From: Desulfobulbus propionicus DSM 2032
Lineage (GTDB): Bacteria > Desulfobacterota > Desulfobulbia > Desulfobulbales > Desulfobulbaceae
NCBI RefSeq assembly: GCF_000186885.1
Contig: NC_014972.1
Location: forward strand, 3,810,001-3,842,000
DNA length: 32,000 nt
Direction: 5' to 3'
Below the pieces are notes generated by a model. The model did no database searches. It saw nothing but the letters and a program-made list of their open reading frames with translations, and was not told the DNA's origin. A program made the position numbers and the translations under genes. Positions 18,402-27,109 of the stretch are shown one piece after another; positions within the stretch are counted from its first letter, which is position 1, and every line of letters starts with the position of its first letter.

Positions 18402-19492
18402 TCCAGGGACACGGAGGCAACGTCGCCGCCCTGGCCGAGGAACTGGGCTGTCGGCCGGAAGAGATCGTTGACATGAGCAGCAACATCAATCCGCTCGGTT
18501 CGGTCCCGGGGCTGATCGATCACCTTCGGGAACACCTCGGCCGCATCCGGGTGCTGCCGGAGGTCGACGGCAAGGGAGCCATCCGGGCCATTGCCGCCCT
18601 GCTTGGAGTGGACGAGCAGCGGGTGCTGGCCGGCGGCGGCACTACCCAGTTCATCTACACCGCCTGCGCGGCGCTGGCTTCCCGCCGGGCGCTGATTGTC
18701 GGCCCCACCTATGCCGACTACACCGACGGCTGCCGGGTGCACGGCGTCGAGCCCGATTTTTTCCTCGCTGGCCCGGAAACCGGTTTTGCCCCGGATGTGG
18801 AGCGGCTGGCGGCCCGTCTGTCCGCCTACGACACTGTTTTCCTCTGCAACCCCAACAATCCCACCGGTCAGCTGATCGACCCTGCGGCCCTTGTGCAGCT
18901 CTGCCGCCACCACCCTCAGGTGCGCTTTGTGATCGACGAATCCTACCTGCCCTTTGTGCCGGCGGAGCAGGCGCGCAGCCTCAGCAATTGCCTGCTCGAC
19001 AATGTGGTGGTGCTGTGGTCGGTGTCGAAAATCTTCGGCATGCCTGGCCTGCGGGCCGGTTTTCTGGTGGCCAATGGGCCGCTGATCGACCGCTTCCGCC
19101 GCTACATGCAGCCCTGGAGCGTCAACACCCTGGCCCAGGAGGCGGTCTGCTTTCTCGGTCGCAACCAAGAGGCGGTGGAGGCCTTCATCGAGCGGACCCG
19201 TGCCTACCTGTCCGAGGAAGGAACGCTGTTTCGCCAGCGGTTGCACGGCGGTCGCCTGCATGTGTACCCGAGCACCACCTCCTATTTTCTCCTCAGACTG
19301 CCCGAGGACCACACGGCCGCCGGAATTTGCCGCGCCTTGGCCGAGCGGCGCTTTCTCATCCGCAACTGTGCCAATTTCCATGGCCTCGACGAGCGCTACA
19401 TTCGCATCGCCCTCAAGGACGCGGCCACTAACCGGGCAGTGGCCGAACACCTGCTGGCGGCGATTGGCGCGGGCCAGGCGGGACGGCCATGA
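18398..19492 (+). CDS. cobD: L-threonine-O-3-phosphate decarboxylase (aminotransferase class I/II fold)
   Basis: The ATG at 18398 forms an ATGA overlap with the cobQ stop, so the track ORF from 18233 is an upstream extension. MIQGHGGNV...DMSSNINPLG, NPNNPTG, and PLP-lysine region SVSKIFGMPGLRAGF. Symbol follows Salmonella nomenclature. Confidence 0.8.
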   Translation: MIQGHGGNVAALAEELGCRPEEIVDMSSNINPLGSVPGLIDHLREHLGRIRVLPEVDGKGAIRAIAALLGVDEQRVLAGGGTTQFIYTACAALASRRALIVGPTYADYTDGCRVHGVEPDFFLAGPETGFAPDVERLAARLSAYDTVFLCNPNNPTGQLIDPAALVQLCRHHPQVRFVIDESYLPFVPAEQARSLSNCLLDNVVVLWSVSKIFGMPGLRAGFLVANGPLIDRFRRYMQPWSVNTLAQEAVCFLGRNQEAVEAFIERTRAYLSEEGTLFRQRLHGGRLHVYPSTTSYFLLRLPEDHTAAGICRALAERRFLIRNCANFHGLDERYIRIALKDAATNRAVAEHLLAAIGAGQAGRP

Positions 19493-20463
19493 ACGCGGCC
19501 CTGGGCGAGTGGCTCCCGTGGATGGCCCTGCCAGCGGCCTTTGCCTTGGACGCCCTGCTGGGGGACCCCCGCTGGTTGCCCCACCCGGTGCGCTGGATGG
19601 GGCGGACTATCCAGCTGGCCGAGCCGCTGTTTCGTCGCTGGTTCAAGAATGAGCTGCTGGCCGGTCTGTGCTTTGCCCTGAGCTTGATCCTCGGCTGCTG
19701 GGCGCTCGCCTTCCTGATCGTTCGTCAAGCCTATGGCCTGCATGCCCTGGCAGGGTTCGCGCTGGAAACCATCATGCTTTTCTACTGCTTCTCGGCCCGC
19801 TCGCTGGCCCAGGCGGCCCTGGAGATCGACGCTTCCCTGGCCGCCGGCGAGGTGGACAGGGCCCGTTCCCAGGTGGCGATGATTGTCGGCCGGGATGTGG
19901 AACGATATGGGGCGGACGATATCGCCCGGGCCACGGTGGAGACCGTGGCCGAAAATGTGGTCGACGGCGTGCTCTCGCCGCTGTTTTTCGCCGCCATCGG
20001 TGGCGCGCCCCTGGCCCTGGCCTACAAGATGGTCAATACCCTGGACTCCATGGTGGGCTACAAGAATCCGCGCTACCTGCTGTTTGGCCGGGCTGCGGCC
20101 CGTATCGACGATGCGGCCAACTTCCTGCCCGCCCGCCTATCGGTGGGGCTGATCGCCTTGGCCTGCCGCCTGGTGGCCGGCGCCTCCAGCCGCCGCGCCC
20201 TGGCCACGGGCTGGCGGGAAGGGGCCAACCATGCCAGTCCCAATGCCGGCTATCCGGAGGCCGCCTTTGCCGGTGCGCTGGGGGTGCGGTTGAACGGTCC
20301 CAACTCCTACCACGGGGTGCTGGTGGAAAAACCCTACATCGGTGTGGGGCTGGGATCGGTGACCCTCGGCCATATCCGGCAGGCCTGCCGCCTGATGACT
20401 TGGACTTCGCTGGCGGGCTGCCTGGTGGCCTGGCAGTTGTCGCTTGTCGTGTCCTTGTTCTGA
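19489..20463 (+). CDS. cbiB: Adenosylcobinamide-phosphate synthase
   Basis: ATGA overlap with the previous gene. LLGDPRWLPHPVRWMG, membrane helices, VAENVVDGVLSPLFF, NTLDSMVGYK, NHASPNAGYPEAAFAGALG. Confidence 0.9.
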   Translation: MNAALGEWLPWMALPAAFALDALLGDPRWLPHPVRWMGRTIQLAEPLFRRWFKNELLAGLCFALSLILGCWALAFLIVRQAYGLHALAGFALETIMLFYCFSARSLAQAALEIDASLAAGEVDRARSQVAMIVGRDVERYGADDIARATVETVAENVVDGVLSPLFFAAIGGAPLALAYKMVNTLDSMVGYKNPRYLLFGRAAARIDDAANFLPARLSVGLIALACRLVAGASSRRALATGWREGANHASPNAGYPEAAFAGALGVRLNGPNSYHGVLVEKPYIGVGLGSVTLGHIRQACRLMTWTSLAGCLVAWQLSLVVSLF

Positions 20464-20468
20464 TCGGC

Positions 20469-22295
20469 TCAGCCCCGCCGTTCGCCATCATTCCGTGGCG
20501 CCGCCGGCAGGATGAGGGTGAAGGTCGATCCCTTGCCAAGGCTGCTTTCCACCTCCACCGTGCCGTTGTGGGCCTGGGCGATGTGTTTGGCGATGGCCAA
20601 CCCCAGACCGGTGCCGCCCTGATCGCGGCTTCTTGCCTTGTCGCAGCGGTAGAAACGTTCGAACAACCGCGGCAGATGCTCCTTGGCGATACCCGGACCG
20701 TTATCGATCACGCTGAGGTGGACAAACTCCTCGCCCTGTCTGTTCCGACTGCCCTGGCAACGCAGGGTGATCAGCGAACCCTGGGGGCTGTAGGCAATGG
20801 CATTGCCCAGCAGATTGATCACCGCCTGCTCCAGGAGCGGCTGATTGATCGGCGCATACCACTCCTCGTCGCTCTCCACCTGGATGATAATCCCCTTCTC
20901 GTCGGCCTGCACGGCGCAGGTCTGGAGCGCGCTTTCCAGTACCGGCCCAACCTCGGCCACCGTCAGGCTGATATCCCTGCGCTGCTCCCGGTCCTCGATT
21001 CGTGACAGGGTCAGCAGGTCGTCGACGATGGCATCCAGCCGATTGGCCTGACGGACGACAATGGAGAGAAACCGGCGCGCGTTGTCCTGATCCTCGAGCG
21101 CCCCGTCAAGCAGGGTTTCGACATAGCCCTTGATGGCGGTGATCGGTGTCTTTAGCTCGTGGGAGACGTTGGCCACGAAGTCCTGACGAATGTTTTCCAG
21201 CCGGTTGAGCTTGGTCAGGTCGTTCATCACCAGGAGCACGCCCATGCTCCTGTCATCCTCGTCACGCAGGGGCACGGCGTGGGTATCGAGCAGGATCGGA
21301 TCGGTGCCGTTGAACAGGGTCACCTTCTGTTCCTGGGGGGTGTTGTGCGCAAGGGTGCAATCCACCATTTCCAGCAAATAGGGGTTGCGGATCACCCCCT
21401 GCACCGCCTTGCCCTTGACCCCCTCCGAAGGCAGGCCAAACAGGGCCGCGGCCGCCTGATTCATGCGAATGATCTTCTTGTCGGCATCGATGGCCACCAC
21501 CGCGTCGGCCATGCTGGAAAAAACCGCCTCCAGTTGGTTGCGCTGCTGGATGATGATGCGGATCCGGCGGTTGATCTGCTCGGCCATCTGGTTGATCGAC
21601 CCGGCCAACCCGGCCATCTCCGCCGACATGTGTTCACTGTTGATTTTGACCAGTTGGTCGATCCGCCCCTTGGTCAACTGTTCGGCGCCCCGCTTTATTT
21701 CCTCCAGGGGGCGGCTGATGCGGCGCGCCGAGTAGAGCGAGAGCAGCGCCGCCAGCACGGCCACCGCCAGGCCGATGGCCAGCAGCTTCTTGTGCAGGGT
21801 GGCCAGCATGATCTCCACCGGCGTGATGGCAATGGCCAACCGCAGGGCGCCCCGCAGTTCCTCCTCGCCAAGCCGCACCGGAATGGCGGCATAGAGCATG
21901 GATTCGCCGAGCGTTCGGCTGTGGCGGAGGGAGTAGCCGGTTTCGCCGGCCAGGGCCGGCACCACTTCGGGCCGGGTGGCGTGGTTGTCCATCAGGTTGT
22001 GATCTTCGTTGGAATCGGCCCGCACCAGGCCGTTGTTGGCAATGACCGTGATCCGGGTCGCTGCCCGGCGGCCGGTCTGACGGACAAAATCCTGGAAGGG
22101 TCGGTCTTCCCCCCGGCTGAGGGTGGCGATGGTCGGCTCGATCAGCAGGGCACGTTCACGGATCTCTTCCTTGAGGTGCTCGATGTAGAAGTCACGGCCG
22201 GTGGTGGTCGCCAGCCAGGCGGCCAGCAGCAGGGAGAAGAGGGTGATGCCGACGCAAGCGGGAAAAATCTGCCAGAAAAGACGAATATTACGCAT
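20469..22295 (-). CDS. phoR: Sensor histidine kinase, PhoR-like (2 TM with periplasmic domain, HAMP, PAS, HisKA, HATPase_c)
   Basis: H-box FVANVSHELKTP, N-box LLGNAIAYS, G-boxes DNGPGI and GGTGLGLAI. A PAS region precedes HisKA. Two hydrophobic helices flank a domain of about 150 aa. ATG 22295 is preferred over TTG 22316. The PhoR assignment rests on context with the OmpR-type regulator and phoU. Confidence 0.75.
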   Translation of the reverse strand: MRNIRLFWQIFPACVGITLFSLLLAAWLATTTGRDFYIEHLKEEIRERALLIEPTIATLSRGEDRPFQDFVRQTGRRAATRITVIANNGLVRADSNEDHNLMDNHATRPEVVPALAGETGYSLRHSRTLGESMLYAAIPVRLGEEELRGALRLAIAITPVEIMLATLHKKLLAIGLAVAVLAALLSLYSARRISRPLEEIKRGAEQLTKGRIDQLVKINSEHMSAEMAGLAGSINQMAEQINRRIRIIIQQRNQLEAVFSSMADAVVAIDADKKIIRMNQAAAALFGLPSEGVKGKAVQGVIRNPYLLEMVDCTLAHNTPQEQKVTLFNGTDPILLDTHAVPLRDEDDRSMGVLLVMNDLTKLNRLENIRQDFVANVSHELKTPITAIKGYVETLLDGALEDQDNARRFLSIVVRQANRLDAIVDDLLTLSRIEDREQRRDISLTVAEVGPVLESALQTCAVQADEKGIIIQVESDEEWYAPINQPLLEQAVINLLGNAIAYSPQGSLITLRCQGSRNRQGEEFVHLSVIDNGPGIAKEHLPRLFERFYRCDKARSRDQGGTGLGLAIAKHIAQAHNGTVEVESSLGKGSTFTLILPAAPRNDGERRG

Positions 22296-22385
22296 GGGGT
22301 TCTCGGACCTGGGCAATGGAGTTGCACCCTGAACAGGCAGGGCGGGCTGAATCGAGGCGACGGATGCGGACGGCGAGCAGCCTTG

Positions 22386-23081
22386 TCACTCGCGGATGCG
22401 GTAACCGATGCCGCGGACGGTTTCGATGCAGGTGCCGGCCGACCCCAGTTTCTTGCGCAGACCGAAGATCTGCACGTCCACCGCCCGGGGGGTGATGCTG
22501 TAATCGTAGCCGCGTACCTGATCGATGATCTGCTGGCGGGAAAAGACCCAGCCCGGCCGGCCGGCCAGCAGGGCGAGAATGGTGAACTCCGAGGCGGTGA
22601 GGTGGATCTCCTGGCCATCGACACGAACCTCGTGGCGGCCCGGATGGATATCCATGCCATGGCGGCTGATGAATCCGGCCTGCTCGTCCGCGTCCACGAC
22701 CGGTTCCGGCGTGCGGCGCAGGGCCGCCTCGAGGCGGGCGATCAACACCCGGGGACTGAAGGGTTTGGTGACGTAATCATCGGCCCCGCACTCCAGACCG
22801 CTGACGATGTCGTCCTCCTCGCTCTTGGCGGTGAGCATGATGATCGGCAGTCCCTTGATCGCCTCCTGGCCGCGCACCGCTCGGCAGACCTCGTTGCCGT
22901 CCTTGCCTGGCAGCATCAGATCGAGCACCATGGCGTCGATCGGTTCGCGGGCGAGCAGCTGCAACGCTTCCTCGCCGCTGTCGGCGCAGGTGACGTTGAA
23001 ACCGGCCTTGATCAAGTTGTAGCTGACAAGCTGTTGGATGTCGGCGTCGTCCTCGACAACCAGAATGCTTGGTTTTCTCAC
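22386..23081 (-). CDS. phoB: OmpR/PhoB-family response regulator
   Basis: GTG start with AGGAG 6 nt upstream. Receiver domain ILVVEDD...DAMVLDLMLPG...MLTAK. Winged-helix C-terminus ...LTASEFTILALLAGRPGWVFSRQQIID...VDVQIFGLRKKL...IETVRGIGYRI. Confidence 0.82.
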   Translation of the reverse strand: MRKPSILVVEDDADIQQLVSYNLIKAGFNVTCADSGEEALQLLAREPIDAMVLDLMLPGKDGNEVCRAVRGQEAIKGLPIIMLTAKSEEDDIVSGLECGADDYVTKPFSPRVLIARLEAALRRTPEPVVDADEQAGFISRHGMDIHPGRHEVRVDGQEIHLTASEFTILALLAGRPGWVFSRQQIIDQVRGYDYSITPRAVDVQIFGLRKKLGSAGTCIETVRGIGYRIRE

Positions 23082-23270
23082 ATGAATCTCCTGTTCGTCA
23101 AAATGGTTTGTCTGGCTGTACTGTTATGCAGCGCCTGCGGGCGTGCAACAAAAAAGCTCGACATTAACGCGATCCTAATTGATCGCTAACCGGGTCATAA
23201 TCCGTGTCCCGTAAACAGCACACTGAGGAACCATTGCGTGCACACAACAAGTTTTTCGGGGAGGAACCCT

Positions 23271-23945
23271 GTGAGTCGACACATGCATTTCCACCGTGAG
23301 ATCGATCAGCTGAAACAGATGATTCTTCAACTGGGCACCCTGGTGGAAGACCGGTTGCGCCGCGCCTGCACCATCCTGGAAACCGGGGACGAGGTTCAGG
23401 CCCAGGCGGTGATCACCGGCGACTGGGAGGTGGACGACATGGAGATCCGGGTGGAGGAGGAGTGCCTGAAAATCCTGGCCCTGCATCAGCCGGTGGCCCG
23501 CGACCTGCGGCTGATCGTCTCGATCATCAAGATCAACAGCGAGCTGGAGCGGATTGCCGATATCGCGGTCAATATCGCCAAGCGGGTGGTAACCATCAAC
23601 CGCAACAGAGCCGACGGCTTTGTCGTGGCCATTGACTATCAGCCCATGGCCACGAAGGCCCTGGAAATGGTCAAGACCAGCCTCGATGCCCTGGTGACCG
23701 AGGATGCGGCCCTGGCCCGGCGGATCTTTCTCATGGACGACGAGGTCAATCGGATGCGCGACGATGCCTACAAGACAGTGATCGGCGAGATCAGCCACCA
23801 TCCCGATCACGCCGCCTGCCTGGTCAACACCTATCTCATCGCCCGTCATCTGGAGCGGATCGGCGACCGGGCCAACAATATCGCCGAAGAGGTGATCTAC
23901 CTTGTCGAGGGCGAGATCGTGCGCAGCAGCGAGGATCCCGCCTGA
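23271..23945 (+). CDS. phoU: Phosphate signalling complex protein PhoU
   Basis: Two PhoU repeats with acidic motifs (DWEVDDMEIRVEEECLKILALHQPVARDLR; MDDEVNRMRDDAYKTVI...ARHLERIGDRANNIAEEV). GTG 23271 has GGAGGAA upstream. Alternative starts: GTG 23238 or ATG 23283. Confidence 0.9.
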   Translation: MSRHMHFHREIDQLKQMILQLGTLVEDRLRRACTILETGDEVQAQAVITGDWEVDDMEIRVEEECLKILALHQPVARDLRLIVSIIKINSELERIADIAVNIAKRVVTINRNRADGFVVAIDYQPMATKALEMVKTSLDALVTEDAALARRIFLMDDEVNRMRDDAYKTVIGEISHHPDHAACLVNTYLIARHLERIGDRANNIAEEVIYLVEGEIVRSSEDPA

Positions 23946-24049
23946 ACAAAGGTGCCCCGCCGTTCCCTGGGGCAGGGGGTCGGCGGATCTCAAACACCTT
24001 CCGCTCCTTCCCATTCCCCGGCCACCCGGTTGCCGCGGCCGGGAGAGCC

Positions 24050-25264
24050 TCATGCCCTCCGGCCCCAGACCATGTACACCGGATCGCTCAGCCACAGTTC
24101 CTGGTGCGGGTCATCCGCCGGCCGGGGGAGGCCGCGCCGTGACAGGGTGGCTAGATCGGTGAAGCCGCCGGTGGCGTGAAAGAGTTCGGCCACCATCCCC
24201 AACCGTTCGAACTCGTGCATCTCCGACCACAGATGGGTCACCTTGGGCGGGAACCACCGGTTGGAAAAGGCAAAGGCCAGCACCCCGCCGGGCGTCACGA
24301 CCCGATGCAGTTCCCGCATCACCGCCAAGGGATCGACCAGATATTCCACCGAGGCCGTACAGATGACCGCGTCGAAACTGGCCGGGGCGAAGGGCAGGGC
24401 CGGCTGGAGGTTGAGATCCTGGACCAGGGTGGCGGTGGCTCGCGGGTTGCGGGCCAGTTCCTCGGCATTCATCCCCAGCACGGTCAAGCCGGCCAGTTCG
24501 AGACTGTCCGGCAGATGCGAGGCCCAGCTGCCCATGAGATCGAGCACCCGGCTGCCGGGACGGATCAGCTCGGCATAGCGGCGGCCGATGGCCGATCGGG
24601 CGGTGCTGTCCAGGTGATGCACCAGTCGCGGCTGGCCATAGAAAAGCGCGTCCGGCTGGGGGTCGTTGCGGCTGAACGGGCCGCCGCTGGTAAAAAAGGC
24701 GGTTGCGCTGCCTGCAGAGCGGGCTTGCATGCCTGGTCCGTCACTGGCGATCCGTTCCAGCCAGTCCTCGCAGCGGCCGCCGCGTTCGTTCTGCTGCTGG
24801 GGGTGGAGGGCGATCACCTCCGCCCGCAGGAGGAGATCGCGGCCCGCCAGCGGGTGGTTGAGGTCGAAGGCCAGGTCCGCGCCGTCAGTGCCGAGAAAAC
24901 GGCAGGGGCTGGTCGACACCTGGTAGACGCCGCCCACCCCCCGAAGCAGGCCCTGGGGGTAGAAGCGTCCCGGCAGCGGCCGCAGGGGAGCGCCTTGGCT
25001 GTTCCGCCCCTGAAACTGGCCGGGCCGGATCAGGAGGCGTTTGCGCGGATCATGGGGAAAGGGCGAGCGGTCGGCGGCAATGGCCACCTCGGCCCGATCG
25101 CCAACGGTCTTGCCCATCAGCTCCCTGGTCAATGACGGGTCAAGGACATCCCGCCAGAAGTTGACGGGATCGGCCCACAGGTACTCCTCGTGCCGGGTGC
25201 GGTCACTGGTCCACTCCAGGGTGAATGCCACCGTGGCCCGACTGGATTCATTGATGCGTTCCAT
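24050..25264 (-). CDS. Fusion protein: N-terminal SlyD-like FKBP domain plus C-terminal class I SAM-dependent methyltransferase
   Basis: The N-terminal ~160 aa include ...LMGKTVGDRAEVAIAADRSPFPHDPRKRLLIRPGQF... and FDLNHPLAGRDLLLRAEVIAL (compare E. coli SlyD VDGNHMLAGQNLKFNVEVVAI). The C-terminal ~230 aa include YGQPRLVHHLD, RVLDLMGSWASHLP (SAM motif I region), VQDLN...LPF...FDAV and LVDP...RVVTPGGVLAFAFSNRWFP. Starts 14 nt downstream of the photolyase stop. Confidence 0.7.
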   Translation of the reverse strand: MERINESSRATVAFTLEWTSDRTRHEEYLWADPVNFWRDVLDPSLTRELMGKTVGDRAEVAIAADRSPFPHDPRKRLLIRPGQFQGRNSQGAPLRPLPGRFYPQGLLRGVGGVYQVSTSPCRFLGTDGADLAFDLNHPLAGRDLLLRAEVIALHPQQQNERGGRCEDWLERIASDGPGMQARSAGSATAFFTSGGPFSRNDPQPDALFYGQPRLVHHLDSTARSAIGRRYAELIRPGSRVLDLMGSWASHLPDSLELAGLTVLGMNAEELARNPRATATLVQDLNLQPALPFAPASFDAVICTASVEYLVDPLAVMRELHRVVTPGGVLAFAFSNRWFPPKVTHLWSEMHEFERLGMVAELFHATGGFTDLATLSRRGLPRPADDPHQELWLSDPVYMVWGRRA

Positions 25265-25278
25265 GGTTGTACCTCCTG

Positions 25279-26667
25279 TTACAGGGTGCGGGATGCCGGG
25301 AACAGGGATGGCTGTCCCGGTGTCCAGGTGTGGATATAGCGGTTGACATCGAATTTGCGGCGGCAGCCGGCCTCGCTCATGGAGCGGATGGTGCCGAAGA
25401 TCGGCCGCTCGGTCCAGCCCCGGTCATGGACTCCGCCGATCGACCAGGCAATGCCGCTGTAGCCGTTGGTTTCCCGGCCATCAAGGGCATAGCGGTCGTT
25501 GAGCCAGATGGCGATGCGCAGGGCCTCCGCCGGGTCTTCGCTCCATTCGAGGATCTTTTTTGCCCAGTACATGCGCATGTATCCGGCCATCTTGCCGCTG
25601 GCCACCAGCTGGTGCTGGGCCGCGTTCCACAGGGGATCGTGGGTCTGGGCGCGGTCGAACTGCGCATCGTCATACACGTACGGCCGCGGGTCATGGCGGT
25701 GCCGGGCAAGCGTCCGCTGCGCCCATTCGGGAAAGCCGCTGATCTGGTCATAATCCGGCGTGTGCAGACAGAAGTTGTCCGCGAGCTCGCGCCGCACCAC
25801 CAGTTCTTCGATAAAGCTGTCCACGACCTCGCCGTGGAGGCCGCGCCGCCCTATTTCCAGGACGATCGCGTGGGACGAGATCATGCCGAAATGGAGAAAA
25901 GGAGAAAGATTGGAGCAGACCGATTGGTTCGGGTCGTTGCGCTGTCCGTAGCCCGCCAGCCGTTCGCGGAGGAAGGTGTCCAGGGTGTCCCAGGCGGCGG
26001 CTTCACCGGATCGTGGCCAGGACACCGGCTGGACACTGCGGTCCACCCGCAGGCGTGCGCGCAGGGCCGGGAAATCGAGGCTGCCCGGCAGGGTTGGCCA
26101 GGCATGCGGATGCGGTTGCAACGGCGGCACGACGGTGAGAAAATCCTGGAGATGGCGATGAATGCGCGGCCGAAAGGTCTTGGCCATGAATTCCCGGCGG
26201 TCCGAGGCAATCCAGGCGGGCACGATGTTGCGGGAATCGACCTCGTGCACCGGGCAGCGGACGTGGCCGGTCACGGTGCGCAGCCACTGCCGCTTGACCC
26301 GCAGCGGATCGAAATCGGTGGCAACCAGGGCTGGGGTCAACTCGGTGCACAGGCGGACCATTTCTTCTGCCGGGTCACCACTGCGCAGGATCAGGGGGAT
26401 GTTGGCCTCGGCCAGGCTGCGGGCAGTCTCTTCCAAGCCATTGAGGAAAAAATCGTACTGCCGCAGGGTGGCATCGAGAAAGGTCGGCGCCAGACAGAAC
26501 GCCACCGCCAACGGCACCCCCAGGTACCGGGCCTGTTGGGCGGCGTGGAGCAGGGCCCAGTTGTCCCGGCTCCGGAATGCACGGTGCATCCAGTAAAGCA
26601 CGGGGCCTGAAGTGTGGACGGCCCCGCCGTGCATCCGCAACCGCCTGAAATCAATACCAGAGTTCAT
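25279..26667 (-). CDS. phr: Class II CPD deoxyribodipyrimidine photolyase
   Basis: GPVLYWMHRAFRSRDNWALL, LSPFLHFGMIS, THDPLWNAAQ, GKMAGYMRMYWAKKILEWS, LNDRYALDGRETNGYSGIAWSIGGVHDRGW and CRRKFDV closely match class II photolyases such as the Methanosarcina enzyme (from memory). ATG 26667 (GAGGTGG upstream) is preferred over GTG 26751. Confidence 0.93.
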   Translation of the reverse strand: MNSGIDFRRLRMHGGAVHTSGPVLYWMHRAFRSRDNWALLHAAQQARYLGVPLAVAFCLAPTFLDATLRQYDFFLNGLEETARSLAEANIPLILRSGDPAEEMVRLCTELTPALVATDFDPLRVKRQWLRTVTGHVRCPVHEVDSRNIVPAWIASDRREFMAKTFRPRIHRHLQDFLTVVPPLQPHPHAWPTLPGSLDFPALRARLRVDRSVQPVSWPRSGEAAAWDTLDTFLRERLAGYGQRNDPNQSVCSNLSPFLHFGMISSHAIVLEIGRRGLHGEVVDSFIEELVVRRELADNFCLHTPDYDQISGFPEWAQRTLARHRHDPRPYVYDDAQFDRAQTHDPLWNAAQHQLVASGKMAGYMRMYWAKKILEWSEDPAEALRIAIWLNDRYALDGRETNGYSGIAWSIGGVHDRGWTERPIFGTIRSMSEAGCRRKFDVNRYIHTWTPGQPSLFPASRTL

Positions 26668-27109
26668 GTCGTTTGCCACCTCGCCTGCGCCATCGTCCCC
26701 GGCATCCTGTTCCGGGGAAGAAAAATCCGTGTGAATGGCATCCAGGCTCACCAGGCCAGCGATGCGCCGCCGATCATGCCTGTCCCCGCCATGGGGGAAC
26801 GTGCCATTTTGCCATTTCCAACGCTCAAAATTAACCAGGAAACATTTCTGAACAATGGGAGAAGAATGAGAGATAAATGAGCGTCTCCGCTCTTCCTTGG
26901 GCAGGCGACTGCGAGGAGGTCCTCGGTCGCACTCCGATCATGGCGGCGGAAGAGCTCGCGGACGATCCGCGTTTCTCCTGAGCCCTCTTGACGAACCGGA
27001 ATCCCGGTATAATTATCTTGCTCAACGTTGTTGACCGCCCGTTGTTCCGTGTCCGACCGGCATCCGTCCCGGATGGTCCCTTTTCCATAAGCCAATGGAG
27101 CCTCGCATT

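Noticed and set aside
23082-23237. Pho boxes in the phoB/phoU divergent region (TGT-rich segment CTGTTCGTCAAAATGGTTTGTCTGGCTGTACTGTTATGC).
   Set aside because: No pair of 7-nt direct repeats has the 11-nt periodicity matching CTGTCAT-N4-CTGTCAT. The similarity is limited to scattered TGT triplets.
26877-26981. 34-codon ORF (MSVSALPWAGDCEEVLGRTPIMAAEELADDPRFS) in the phr-degP intergenic region; considered as a small peptide or RiPP precursor.
   Set aside because: The SD is weak. There are no adjacent modification or transport genes and no recognisable leader/core pattern. It is indistinguishable from a chance ORF.
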